A DNA stretch of 62,741 nucleotides, counting the filler, from Chiloscyllium plagiosum (lineage: Eukaryota): assembly GCF_004010195.1 (NCBI RefSeq). It is 3 parts of one record of this genome, joined end to end, with 100 filler letters (N's around TTAATTAATTAA, not from the genome) between each part and the next. Parts side by side here need not be neighbours in the genome. Positions count along the whole stretch, not along the records: positions 24,753 to 56,622 come from NC_057715.1; 2 more parts are not named here. The stretch is one strand, 5' to 3'. Numbering within the stretch: position 1 is the stretch's first letter; each line of letters opens with the position of its first letter. Of the stretch, positions 26,361 to 39,242 are shown in pieces. The notes below the pieces were generated by a model. That model saw nothing but the letters and a program-made list of their open reading frames with translations. It made no database searches and had not been told where the DNA came from. The translations under genes and the position numbers were made by a program.

Positions 26361-26404
26361 CAACTGTACAGTGGGCAACCACTCAGAGAAGCAGGAACAA
26401 TTCC

Positions 26405-28640
26405 TGATGTTGTACTTTGGCATAGATTCCAGGCCAGACAGGCTTGTATCTTTAAGTTGGTTACATGACATTACAACAAGTAACATTTCAGTATAAAGGG
26501 ACACACCTCACTTCAGTCACTCTCTGTGACATAAAGTCAGTGTGGTGTTCAGTCAGCCTGTAACACAATATGCATAAAGACATTTCACATGCTATGTGCA
26601 CAAATCTGTGATATTGTGACTGAGTAAGTAGTTAGTGTTATTCATAAACTTCAAGATATCTGCATTCATGACAGCCCCAAGCCTCTGTTATATGCCTCAT
26701 GGACTAACATACATAAAACCACAAAAAATATCATAGTGGCAGTAAATGGATTCTCAAGGCTGAAAGGTTAACAGCAGTGTAACATTTGTGAAAGGCTTTT
26801 TTCTTAACAATTGTCCATCAATGTGTCCAAGTTCAGAGCTGAAGTTATAACTCTGACCAAGACTAACATTCCACAATCCAAATAAAAGGCTATAACTCTG
26901 TACTGAAGTGAAATGGGTACTTTACCCTTCTTTCTCTTTCTTGAAAACAACAACAATTTAAAAGGTACTAAAATGACAACTCCTAACTGAAAAGAAGTTC
27001 TCATACAACAACAAACTGGAAAATAAAATATTGAAAAGATATTTCCTACAGTAAAAACATTTGGCTATTCAGAGTTGTTACTCGGTCTCACCATTTTGTC
27101 CCTCAAAAAAAGTGTAAAAACAAAGAGAAAAGGCACACATTGTGGGACAACCCAATCCTATTGGGTACAGATGCAACCTTTAGGCACATACTTGCAAATT
27201 TTAAAGGAGCAACAACTTTCAAAGCAACAATAAATAATAATAGAACAAATACCAAAGCCAGTTAAAAACATGAGGAGTTTTTAACTTATTCTTCAATACA
27301 GATTCTTACATTGGCATTTGAGAGAGCGTAAAGCTGTAAAAAACAAAAAAGATATTTAATCATTGGTTGCAATGCTGCCAGAACCTCAGTTGTTTAAACA
27401 AATAATCAATCTTTATTTGATGGATAAGCAGTAACTGACAAAGAATATCAGGCTGTCAAACACCTTCTTTCCTTGTCTGCTGATGTTCTGAGAGGAGTAC
27501 AATTCTTCAATTTTTTTTCTGACTTTAATGATGCTGACAACATTGTTCAGGTGTTAGAATTTCAACTTAAAGTTCAAGTCGATTTCAGGCTTGAGTTCAT
27601 GTCATAGTGACAACTACTGGGTGGAAAGAACAACCAGCTCTTAGGCAAGTGTCAACACAAATGTAGAGAACGTGACTTTGCTGAAGCTAATTTAACTGAA
27701 AGTATTTTGGAACTGGTCATTGCTGCTATACTCATCAAATTTAACTGAAGAGCATTTCCAGATAAATTCAAAGAATGTAGCATCGAAATTCTATGAGAAG
27801 CAGTTTGCAAGTTTGCAGCAACATTTTAGGCAAACAGCATTTCCAAGTGCTTGACTCTGGAGCAACTATTGCAGCTGTCAATAGGTTTAACAGAATGTCC
27901 AAATCTTGAATCAGTTGAGGCTTGCCTCATCCTAAGATAGTGTTCAGCACTATGTGAAATATGTAAGCTATTTTCTATAAGACGGCATTGGCGAAAATGT
28001 GTCAGAATTCCAATTGCCCACAGAAGCCCAAAGTGTAACAGGATGCTCCATAACCATACATGAAGAACAGTCAACAGACTATTAGTGACAACAAAGCATC
28101 CAAATTCCAATCTTGGCATGCAGGCAGTCAACAAAGTCCAAGAGGAAACCACAAAGTTACAGTCTCCAGTCTCCATTCAGACAGTACATATGGTACATTT
28201 GACACCCCTCATGCATACCTTCATGAAAAGCTGAAGCCTTTCCCTTCATTCAAGTGATTTCCTCAAAAGGAGATGGGAATATGCATTATATTCAAAACTG
28301 ACATTGATTCAAGTGCAAATATCATTTCTTTGTCTGCTATAAATGAAAAGTAGCAAGGAAACGGGCACAATGTGGCATAATCCACCTAAGAAATGCTAAC
28401 TGCTTACAATGGGTCCAACATTCTATTATTGGAAACTATCCATCTTAACTGCCATCCAACTCTCAGGAGTATGCCTGAAACCTTTTATGTCATCAAAACA
28501 CAGACCACCTTTATTGGTCTCTCAATGTGTATGGGATTTACATATTTTTATCACTCATGAGATAACAAACCCATTTCCATAGTTTATCTAAGGCTTTGTT
28601 AAGCTTCAAATAAAGGGACTGTTTGGATTAGAACTCTTAT
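26405..28640 (+). mobile_element. Decayed Gypsy LTR retrotransposon: LTR-like start, gag, protease
   Basis: CRERDFAEANLTESILELVIA (27662-27724); knuckle-like CSALCEICKLFSIRRHWRKC (27941-28000); protease-like FKTDIDSSANII (28291) and LTAYNGSNI (28396); CA|TAGTGGCAG PBS-like at about 26732. Confidence 0.7.
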
Positions 28641-29095
28641 TTATTAGATTTCATGACTCAGTGGTGCAAGGCACCATCCACAAAGTCAGTGGGAGGAAAG
28701 ACATCACTCACATTTGCTAACAATGAATCCTTGACAACCTCTGAACAGAAACATTAACATTACCGATTCTCTGTCAGGTTACCACTATTCTTCTGATACT
28801 GGGATGACATATATTCTTTTGTGTTTTTTTTCATCCGGAAGTATGAATATAAATCTCAAAGGCTGTGGATAAACTTGTTTTAAATCTTAAGGCTCAAGCT
28901 TTCAAAAGTTCAATAAACAGGCTGAGATATAATGATTTATCAAGTGATTTTATAGAATGCAAAACCAAACAGCAGCATTCAAAAGTATAAATACAGGTAG
29001 TTAAAATTTCACACTTTTAGTTTTTCTCATTTGGCCAGGAATCTGCATTTCTAAAAGTGTAATGCCAAATAAGTATCTAAGATGCCTAATATTAA

Positions 29096-29296
29096 TGAGG
29101 GGATAATTATGGTTTGGGGAGACCCAATTCAGCCGGCGTATCTTTAAGTCTAGAGATAGGAAGGCACAACCAATCTTAATGACCGAACCTCTTGTGAATA
29201 AATGTTGTCTAAGTTCGGTCTGAACTCAATCAGTTTGAGTGTATGCAGGAGATTGTAGCCAATGAACTATGGCAAGGAAGGTACAGAATTTCCTCA
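29096..29296 (+). mobile_element. Possible 201-bp solo LTR or MITE
   Basis: TGAGG...CCTCA inverted ends flanked by TTAA/TTAG; internal CCAAT, AATAAA and GACCGAAC/GTTCGGTC stem. Confidence 0.4.
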
Positions 29297-29559
29297 TTAG
29301 ACCTAGAAAAGCATTCCTGCTACTGCTGGAGCACAAAGAAATTGGACAAATTGTTTATATTATTGCCTTGCTGATCTATTTCTGGTCCATAATCTGATTC
29401 CTGAAGTTGTGATTGATCCTCTACTTAGCATTTCAATTCATATTATACCATCAAGGCAGGAATTCTGGGGTTCAGACTCTGATATAACATTTATTTCTGG
29501 GACCTAAACACACATTATTCCAATTATTCACACACATGACTACTTGAGATAAATCACAA

Positions 29560-31155
29560 GGCAGAAGCATTTTCCAAAACCTTCAACCAGAAATGCTGAG
29601 TGGATGATCCACCTCAGCCTCTTTCTGCAATCCCCAGCATCCCAGATGCCAACTTATACCCAATTTGTTTCACTCCATGTGACATCAAGAAATAGCTGAA
29701 AGCACTGGATGCTGAAAGGGCAATGGACCCTGTCAATATTCCAGCAATAGTACTCAAGATTTATGCTCCACAACTTGCTGCACCCCTAGTCAAGCTGTTC
29801 CAGTACAGTTAAAACACTGGCAATGCAGAAAATTATCCTGCCTACAGGAGATTTGACAAATCCAATCCTGCTAACTACTGTGTTGTCATTCTAGTCTAAA
29901 TCATCAACAACATGAAGGAAAGAGTTATTGATAGTCCTACCAAATGGAAGTTACTCGGAAACAAGCTGTTCACTGATGCCTAGCTTAATTTCCACCAGAA
30001 CCATTCAGCTCCTGAACTCATTACAGTCTTGGTCCAAACATGGATAGAAGAGCTAGATTACAAAAGGGATTTGACAGTGATTGCCCTTGACATCAAATCT
30101 GCATTTGACTAAGTATGACATTAAGGAATCTTGATAAAATTGGAGTCAATGGAATCTGAGGAACTCTCTCCACTGGATGGAAGCATATCTGACCCAACAT
30201 AAGTTGGTTATGTCTGTTGGAAACCAATCATCTTAGCACCAGCACGTCACTGTAAGAGTATTGTCCTAACTTCTACCATCTCAACCTATTTCATCCATTA
30301 TCAACCCTCCATCAAAAGGTCAGATGTGTCAGTATTCATTGATGGTTATACAATATTCAGTACTGTTTGTGAATCCTGAGCAATCTGAGTCTATATGCAG
30401 CAGTATCTGAACAACGTCAATGTTTGGACTGAGAAATGGAAGGTGATACTTATGCCAAAGCAATGCTTATCTTTTATGTGACAGAATTTAACCCATCGTC
30501 CCTTGACATTCAATGATATTACAGTTCAGAACATGAACTTGACCAGTGACATAATTACCATGAATATAAAAGCAGGTCAGAGGCATGGAGTTTTGTGGTG
30601 ACTAACTCACTGCTAGTCTCCCCAAATGTTGCCACCATCTACACAACACAAGTCAGGAGCACGACGCAACACTCCTTACATTCCTGGGATGAAAGCAGCA
30701 CTACAACACTTAAGAAGTTCTAAACCATCCAGGACAAAGCAACTTGTTTTGCTGGTACCTTGTCCACCACTATCAACATTTACACCTTCACAATTGTTGC
30801 ATAATGACAGTAATATGTGGTACCATTCAAAAGATACACTGTAACAACTCATCCAATTTCCAAACCCAAATCTCTATCACCTAGAAAGGCAAGGACAACA
30901 GACACATGTGTGCACCCAAAACTGCAAGTTCACTTTCAAACTGCACACCATCCTGATTTGGAATTACATTGGCTTCCAGCAAAATCATGGGATTAAATTC
31001 GTGGAACTCCTTGCACAACAGCAATCTGGGTGCACCCAAACCCCAAGGACCCAAATGGCTTAAGTAGCAACTCATTACCACCATTTCCACGTAAATTAGG
31101 AATGGGCAATGATGGTATAGCCAGCAAAAACAATGTTCCATGAACAAATTAAAAA
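29560..31155 (+). mobile_element. Older LINE family, RT to 3' end
   Basis: KAMDPVNIPAIVLKIYAPQLAAPL, VQTWIEELD, ALDIKSAFD; ends ..CCATGAACAAATTAAAAA. Confidence 0.85.
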
Positions 31156-31287
31156 TAATATAATTATTGAATGTTTCCCCATCAACAATTCACCTGAAAT
31201 TGAACTGCCAATTTTCTTGTTACCCACAAAATATTTGATCATACAGCAGGCAGGTGGGACTGGTTTAGTTTGGGATTATGTTCAGCA

Positions 31288-31498
31288 TGAAAATGTGTTG
31301 CTGGAAAAGCGCAGCAGGTCAGGCAGCATCCAGGGAACAGGAGAATCGACGTTTCGGGCATAAGCCCTTCTTCAGGAATGAGGAAAGTTTGTCCAGCAGG
31401 CTAAGATAAAAGGTAGGGAGGAGGGACTTGGGGGAGGGGCGTCGGAAATGTGATAGGTGGAAAGAGGTCAAGGTGAGGGTGATAGGTCAGACTGGGGT
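31288..31498 (-). mobile_element. Penelope pLTR fragment with intact minimal hammerhead core
   Basis: Same family as 3896, extending into the purine-rich upstream pLTR. Confidence 0.85.
31343..31379 (-). ncRNA. Minimal type I hammerhead ribozyme motif
   Basis: CUGAAGA-a-GGGC uuau GCCC-GAAACGUC: full core, 4-bp stem II, palindromic ACGU in place of helix III, GUC site; stem I weak. Confidence 0.65.
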
Positions 31499-32084
31499 CA
31501 TGTCTGTATCTCTAAGCAAGCTCTGAAGCATTTTTCATTCAGTTGTGCTTCTGCATCATGACATTTGTATTAGTTTATAGTAAAGGGTGATAAGTTGGCT
31601 TTAAAAAGTCATATCACTAAGTGTAAAACTAGAAATGTGTAATGTTTTCAAGACTCCCAGTATTATTTTATTATTTTGTTCTTTGGTAGATCCTTAGATA
31701 ACATTATCACCTGTGTAGGCATACAACATCTTACACATACTTTCTAGTATGTTTTGCACCTTCCACAGGTTACATTTATAAGTTGGACATGACTCCCAAA
31801 TGCAAATAATTGGAACAATGCTGTCCAAAGGAATTAAGAAATTTGTTAGATGTTATGACTCATTATCAAGTGAAATTTACCATAACTTGCAGTTTGAGTT
31901 CAGTTTATGAACATCCTGCAGTTTGTGAGTTTAATCAAGCTGACATCTGCAAATATTATTAGATTTCCTCATTGCACTATCTTATTCAAATATGTTCAGT
32001 CAATGTAAATTCTAATAGGCCCATGCAGTTTGGGAACAGGCAGTTGCCTGTTGTTACCTGGGTGAAAGTGGACCGCAGCGCTTC

Positions 32085-32262
32085 ACTCTCATTAGAGAGA
32101 CACAAGTGGTGGTGGTTTAACTTGAGGGTCAATATGTCCCAGATGTGGGGAAAGTTTGAGAAGGAAGGTCCTTCATGGTGACCTCAACTGGTGCAGGAAT
32201 TGACCCATGGTGTTGGTGTTACTCTGCATTGCAAACCAGCTGTCTAGCTAACTGAGCTAACT
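32085..32262 (-). mobile_element. tRNA-derived SINE
   Basis: GTTAGCTCAGTTAG (A box) ... GGGTCAATTCC (B box) followed by a non-tRNA body. Confidence 0.75.
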
Positions 32263-32264
32263 GA

Positions 32265-33190
32265 CTAACTTGCTAGCCCTCCTCAAATGCATTACATTTA
32301 ACCTTTCTTGGTTAAATTCCATTTGCCACTGTTCTGCCCAGCTAACCAGCTTGCTGATTTCCTCCTGAGGATTACACCGATCCTCCTCATGGGTTACCAC
32401 CCTGCCAATTTTCTTGTTACCCACAAAATATTTGATCATGCAGTAGGCAGGTGTGACTAGTTTGTTTTGGGATTATGTTTGGCATGGACTGGTTGGACCA
32501 AAGGGTCTGTTTTCCTACTGTATGACACTATGAGCATATGACACTATATTCTTAACATTTAAGTTCACATTATCAATATATATCATAAGCGCCAAGAGAT
32601 CCAGCACTGTGTCCTGTGGAACACCACTAGAAACAGACTTCCAATCACAGAAAGATCCCTTAACCATCACCCTCTGCTTCCTGCCTCTAAATAAATTTTG
32701 GAACCATTGTGTCATTTTTGACTTAGATCTCATAGCTCTTCCTTTCTTGACCATGCTGCCATTCCATGATCCAACCAAAAGCCTTGTGAAAGCAAATGTA
32801 AACCACATCAAATGCAATGCCCTCATCATCATTCCTGATTACTTCTTCAAGGGAAATTTATCAAATTTGTCAAACACAATCCGTTAAAAAAGCCATGTTA
32901 ATTACTCCTTGATTAATATGTACGTTCCCAAAAGCAGATATATTTCATCCCTCAGAATCTTTCAAATAACTTCCCCAGCAAGGTTAGACTGACTTGTCTA
33001 TAGTTTTCTGTCAACTCTTTCTCCTATTTTTAATAATGGGACAATGTTAGAAGTCCTCCAGTCCTCTAATCACTCACCTTTTGCCAGAGGCGATTTGAAA
33101 ATTATTGTCAGCTCCCTGCTATCACTTCAATTGCCTGGAATTGAAGGGATATCAGGGAGCTGACAATATATATTTTATCCAGACTTGTAG
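32265..33190 (-). mobile_element. Old CR1 RT fragment with a nested plus-strand CR1 tail (about 32441-32535)
   Basis: SGVPQDTVL, WAEQWQMEFN. Confidence 0.85.
33103..33168. repeat. 66-nt near-perfect hairpin
   Basis: 30-bp arms with 2 mismatches around a GCCTGG loop. Confidence 0.95.
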
Positions 33191-34169
33191 ATTTAGCCAC
33201 TGTTACACTGCTAAATTGTCTCTTGCTCTCAATGTTAATTTGTAATAATGCCATTGCTTAGTCTTTTTAGAAGTGATATGGTTAAGATTAAGAATTTTCT
33301 TACGTGTGTACAAGCAGGTGGGCTTGGCAAATGCTTTGAGTATGATATGGAATGCAGTGTTCAGTTTTCCCAGGTTTCTGAAGAGTTTGGGATATTATTG
33401 TTCAAATTTGTTCATTAGTTCTGTTGTTTGTTCCATTTGTTGACTTCTTTGACTTCAAGAATGAAGTTGAAACCCTTTCAGACTTTTCTGTTTATCAGTG
33501 GACATGGCCAGTTCTGGGTAATGTACAGGGTTTCTAAGATTTTTCTGCCTTTATGTCTTAACTCTGCCTGAAGCTGATCTTTGAAATTTGTTTTGTTTTG
33601 GTTGTGATGGGTCTTGCAGATTGACAGATGAAGGCTGCAGGATAACCTTTTGCAGCCATTTAAATTCATTGGATGCATTAGTGATCCTGCTCATATGTTT
33701 AATTTAATGCTGATATGATGTCCATTGGCATCAATCTTAGCTGTTCAATATTGATTTTCAATCTCTGTGACTTCCCCGGGAAATGTGATTTCTTGTTTAG
33801 GTTTCCTTTAAAGGCACTTGTCTGGTGCTCATAAGCAGAAGCTTCTTCATTGCCTTGCTGAATGTAAACAACAATTGATATTGCAGCAATACGCTTTAGT
33901 GTTCAAGATGGAACATCTGCCCACCTGTATATTTTGTAAAATGGTGGGTAGCACCTTTCCCATGTGCTTAGTCTGTTGTTGTTGTTGACATAGTTTGAGT
34001 TCTACACCATCTCCAATGAATGGCTAGAAAGTGTTTACACCAGCTATATCCTTGCTCAGTCTACTGTGGGCCCTGTGCATTTTGGAAAGTTCTTGGATGG
34101 AGTAGGTTGGAATTCATTTTTTACCTAAGTGGAACTCCATGTTTCCTGCAGAGCTGTCTGTGCAAGTTA

Positions 34170-34760
34170 TGGACTGTTCTGTTTGTCCCTCACATGCACG
34201 CACACATACATACAAGTTTGTGGGGTGAACTTGCATTTGCAGAATTATATTTGCAGATATATTCTATTATGTTCAAAAAGCACACAATCTGTAGGCAGTC
34301 AATATTTTTTATGATCCATGTGACATTGTATAAATTTTAACTTTGAAACAGAACCAGTCTGACTCAAGATTGGAATACATACAGGTTCTAACCTCACATC
34401 TTTAATGCATTGTCTGAGCTGAAATGTCACCTTTTTAAAAAAAAACCTTAAGTTATCTTGGGAATGTGACATGAACAAAGTTTTGGGATTTACATATCAA
34501 TGAATTGAAACCTGCAACCCATTCTGAAAGATGAAAGACTTAACAGCAATCCACGTTTGTTTGATATATCGCATCAGTGTATGACACTATGATTATTTGC
34601 TATAAATTCTGTGTCCTATGATCCTACTCCACTAGCTACCTGACAAAGAAGGAGGGCTTCGAAAGCTTGCACTTCCAAATAAACCTGTTAGACTATAACC
34701 TGGTGTTATGTGATTATTAACTTTGTCCTCTCCAGCCCAAAACCAACATCTCCACATCAT
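34170..34760 (+). mobile_element. 3' region/pLTR of a third Penelope-type family
   Basis: Ends CTGACAA..GAAAGCTT-GCACTTCCAAATAAACCTGTTAGACTATAACCTGGTGTT, shared with 49620-49800. Confidence 0.65.
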
Positions 34761-36329
34761 AAAACTTGGGGACATTCTATGGTTTTAAACCGGGTTACAT
34801 ACTTGTAAGTCTTGCTTTTACTTTCCTTCTTCAGCAGATTTTTTAAAAAGCACATTTATCCCTTGAATTTTAAACATGTCTCTAGTTAGGTAAAAATAAG
34901 ATGAGTTTTTGATAAATACATTAAAAATTAGGCTGTTACTCAAACACTTTTTTCCTGATGAAAGCACAATTTTAATTACGCTTATCTTGCTTGTATTAAT
35001 TATCCCTAACCATTCATTTTAAAAACATTTAAAAATAATCTCTTACCATAGATTCTGATAAAACTCTCAAAATAAATAACATAAAGCTAATGTTACATAA
35101 TTATTAAATGTCTTTTTAGTTTAATTTCATTTTATTTCCATTTTAAAAGAACAAAAATAAATGAGACGTTCAACTCTATTGTTTCCGATAATGGAGGTTT
35201 TGAGCTGGTCCAAAGGAGGTCTACTGTAAGAAAATGGTGACAAATTCCTTTCAGTTTTGTTGTGTGAGAGTTTCTATAGCACTGACTATCCTTGTGATAA
35301 TGTTAGGACTGCACATCTCTGAGCATGAATAACACACTGCGGGCAGAGCCAAAACAGATTAGATTACTACATCAGACTGTATTAGACTATTCTAAACTAG
35401 ACTAGCACACTCTAGAATCAGAAAGTCTTAACAGCATATGGGCATGAACACACGAAGATGATGGATTATGTCTCATCTAATAATAAGTCTAGAGCTTGGT
35501 ATATCAGTGATTACTATGTTAAGCAATATTTATGATTAACATATAATAAATAGTATTATTTTGAAGTCTAATCCTTAAGACAGTTCTTGATTTTGTTTCC
35601 TTCTCTTTAACAAATGTGGTGAAGCCAAAATTACAGTGTAAAATAGAACCACATGAAAGAAATCTCAATTTCTCTGCAAAAGTCATTAGCTTCTGCTTGA
35701 ATTTTCCTAAATATGACAGAGATGGAGTAATGCAGCAATTGTGTACTGTAGATGCTAACTGGATACTATCTTTCATTGGTCCGTTGTAATTGCTGGATGT
35801 GTGCCATACTGCCACAAATTGAGTATGCAAGACTTCCCAACCATAAGAACACCTCACCAGTATTTTCTCACCAGTTTATGAATGCAATGCAACCTTCATG
35901 AATTTGTTTGTTAAACATTTTATGCCTGATAATAGACAGAAATTATTTCAGACCCATGTCAAGATTCAGATTCCAATAGCGTTTACAAGTCTATGGTACA
36001 AGTCTTATGGTATTGACATTGAAAGATTTATCACTTTTTTGTGAAGAAAAAGCAAGATAAGGTTATTGAAATGATTATTTCTATATATTTAAAGAATTGA
36101 GAGATGTTCACAGAATATAAAGAAGCCACCTTAAGGCAATATATTGCATCTTACAAGACTAATAGCACCAGACAAATAACCTCATTTAGCTTTAAAAATC
36201 TCAGATCCCAGAGTACTGGATAGTGCTTAGATCTGCAAAAGTACTAACTTTTAAAAGTCATTGCTTAAAATGGCTCAATTTAAATACTACAATAAATAAT
36301 ACTGTTCTGTTTGACAGCAATTATGGAAG

Positions 36330-38170
36330 TCATTTAAGAGACATCCTTTAAGTCTTAGTGCAGCTTGAGGAGCTTTGGCACTGAATTAAGGAACTGGAGC
36401 CTAAAATCTGTAGACATTACACAACATCAAGGGAGGGGAAAATGACCTGGACACCTTACTCCAGAGGACAGTCACACCGCTCAGTCTAGATAATTTAACC
36501 TTGGTCTGTGATTAGAGACAGGACGGTTGAACTACAGGTGAGGCAGGCATGGGGACCCAGCGGTTTGCTTTTGAGGAGTCTTGATCTCTGCAATTGTCCA
36601 ACAGTTACAAGGTTCTTGCCAGCTGTATGGAGGAACATGAGCACTGCAGACAAGATGAGAAAACTGATTGTCAGCATGGTACAGGGAACCATTCAAGTGG
36701 GGGAAGGAATCAGGAATGTGGTCATGGTAGGGGACATTATAATGTGGGGGATAGATGCTGTTCTCTGCAGTCATGGGTGAGAGTCTTGATGACTGTATTG
36801 CCTGCCCAATACCAGGGTTAAGGACATTGCTTTGAAGTGGGAGATGCATTCGGAGAGAAAGAGGATGGATCCAGTTTTTGTTGTCCATGTTTGTACCATT
36901 GATAGGATTAGAAAGTAGGTTCTGCCTAAAGAATTTGAATATTTAGGAATTAAATTAAAAGGCAGAACCTGCAAGGTAATTATCTTTGGATTTGAGCCAT
37001 GGGCAAACTGGTATAAGATAAATACAGTCATGGAATGAAAAGCACAGCTGAAAAATTGGTGTGGGTGGAATGAGCTTATGGGACACTGGCACTAATACTG
37101 GGGTAGAAGAGAGCTGTTTCTTTGGACAGACTCCAAATTGGATAATTTGTGTTGCTGGCAGGACTTCAAATCTTTTAGAGATGGGGAAGGGTTGCGAGAG
37201 GGAAATGTGGGCTTAGAAAGTAAATGGATATGATAGCGTTACAGGGCAACAATCTGAATAGTGATACCCAGGACAGGAAGGGACAGAGTATACACATGTA
37301 GAAAAAATAACAGTAATGAGGCATGGGGTGTGGGAGGGCCTGGGAGCACGGGGGTCACAGTGTTTAAAAGTTAAAATTAGTGGCTCTTTACTTGAATGTG
37401 CAGAGAATTTGGAATGATATAGATGAATCAATGGCACAATTAGAGGTTAATTTGCACGATCCTATAATCATAACGGAGACATAATTCAAAGGAAAACAAT
37501 GCTGGGAAGTAAATACTCAGTAGTAAGTGACTTTTTGAACGAACAGGCAGGAAGGAAAGGGTGATGGGATAGTTTTGTTGGTATAGGCTAGAATAAGTAC
37601 AATAGCCAGAAATGATCTTAGATTGGAAAATGTAGAACATACATGGGTATAGGTAAGAAATAACAATAAGAAGACACGCATAGACATAGTCTTTCAGTCT
37701 TCTAACAATAGCGGTAAGATTGGACATAAAATGAATCAGGGGATATGAGGACATGTAAAAAAGCATACATTAATCACGTATGCCCTTAATCCACACATAG
37801 ATTTAAGAAAGTCAGACTTGCAGAGGAAGCCATGGGGAAGAATTAATAAAGTACACTTGAGACAATTTCCAAGAACAATGTATTGCGGACCCAGCTAGGG
37901 ATCAGGCTATATTGGCTCTGATGATGTTTAATAAGGCAGGTTTAATAAATGATCTCAGATTAATATCCCAAAGAATACAGTGACCATTATACGGTAGAAT
38001 TTAGCATTTAGCTTGAGAGAACAAACTTGGGTCAGAAACAGCTGTCCTAACTTAAATAAAGGTGAATACAAAGGAATGAGTGCAGAGCTGAATGGAGTGG
38101 AATGAAAAGGAGTTTAGCAGCAAAGCCAGTTGAGGAACAAAGGCAGACATTTAAGAAAATAGTTCATTTT
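36330..38170 (+). mobile_element. Old CR1 5' half (ORF1 esterase-like and endonuclease)
   Basis: VVMVGDIIMWGIDAVLC, CLPNTRVKD, VVHVCTID; decayed IITET and DLAL APE motifs. Confidence 0.8.
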
Positions 38171-38289
38171 AAAAATTAAATTGGAAATAGGCAACATCCT
38201 TGGCAGGGAAGTCCACATTCAATGAACGTATAAAAATAATCGGCTGCAAAATGTAAACCATTAGGTTTATTCACTTATTTGTTTTCACA

Positions 38290-39085
38290 CCCTTAAAGAC
38301 CCCAGTGATAAAATGAATTAAAACAAACCCCAGTATTGTTGAATACTAGAACCCTATCTTAAAAGAGTACAATCACCACAGGTTTGGTGATTGTTCAGAG
38401 GAAACCAGCTTCCAATTTGTCCAAATACCTTTTGCTACCTTGTGTAATGATTTATTTTCATTATGGCTGACAAATCCTAAATTGTATCCATTCTATTTTT
38501 AGCTCTTTCACCCACAAATATCATCCCCTCTTTTCCTTGTCCTCACCTGGCACACCTCCAGTCTCTATATTTGCTGGACAATCCTATACATTTCCACCAC
38601 CAGGAGTAAGATGAAACCCCACATATATTTTCCTCACCAGTCCCTTGTCAGCATTTCAAATGGACTGTTCCCACCATTACACCCTTATTCCCTTTTACAT
38701 TATTCCCAGCCCTGTTTTGCTTTTTATGTAAATACAGAAGATGCAACACCCTTTCCTTCACCTTCACCCTTTTCACCATACAGAACTCTAAATGTTCCTT
38801 CAAGATGAAATAAAAATGTAATTATGCTTTATTAAACAGGGCATGCTATAGTGAGACTAAATGCAAATTGGATAATTACTTTGCTGATCATATCTGTTCA
38901 TTCTGCTGAGTGACTATGAATTTCCAGTTATTGTCATTTTAATTCTCTATCTAGTGTGGACTGACTTCTCTCTTCATGATCTGCTGTATTCTTTCACTGA
39001 AGCTTAACACAAGCTTGAGGAATTGCCTGCCATCTATTGATTAAGAACTTTACAAGCTTCAGGCCTTAAAACTTAGTTTTAAGTT
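38290..39085 (+). mobile_element. Old Penelope-like element C-terminus (GIY-YIG)
   Basis: YSETKCKLDNYFADHI and KLEE..I..L.TLQASGL correspond to YIGET..RL..RF.EH and KLEEQHLIF.LGTLQP.GLN. Confidence 0.7.
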
Positions 39086-39242
39086 TTAAGTCCACCTTAG
39101 GAAAGGGATGAGTGGAGTGGAGACTGGGTTAGTGAGTTGGGTTTTAAAGTCCCTACAGGATAGAAGGGGAGGTGTATGATCTTCTGGGCTAGTGCTCCTG
39201 GTGTACAATGGATATCTTCTGAAGATAGTACCCCTTTTCCGG

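Noticed and set aside
32190..32262. tRNA gene (also 54785-54840 and 14525-14600)
   Set aside because: A/B boxes only, no full cloverleaf; followed by SINE or LINE bodies.
33280..34160. Possible old retroelement coding remnant on the minus strand
   Set aside because: Motifs too weak to assign by eye.
35519..35857. 112-aa ORF in non-repeat DNA
   Set aside because: No recognisable domain or splice signals; length is compatible with chance.
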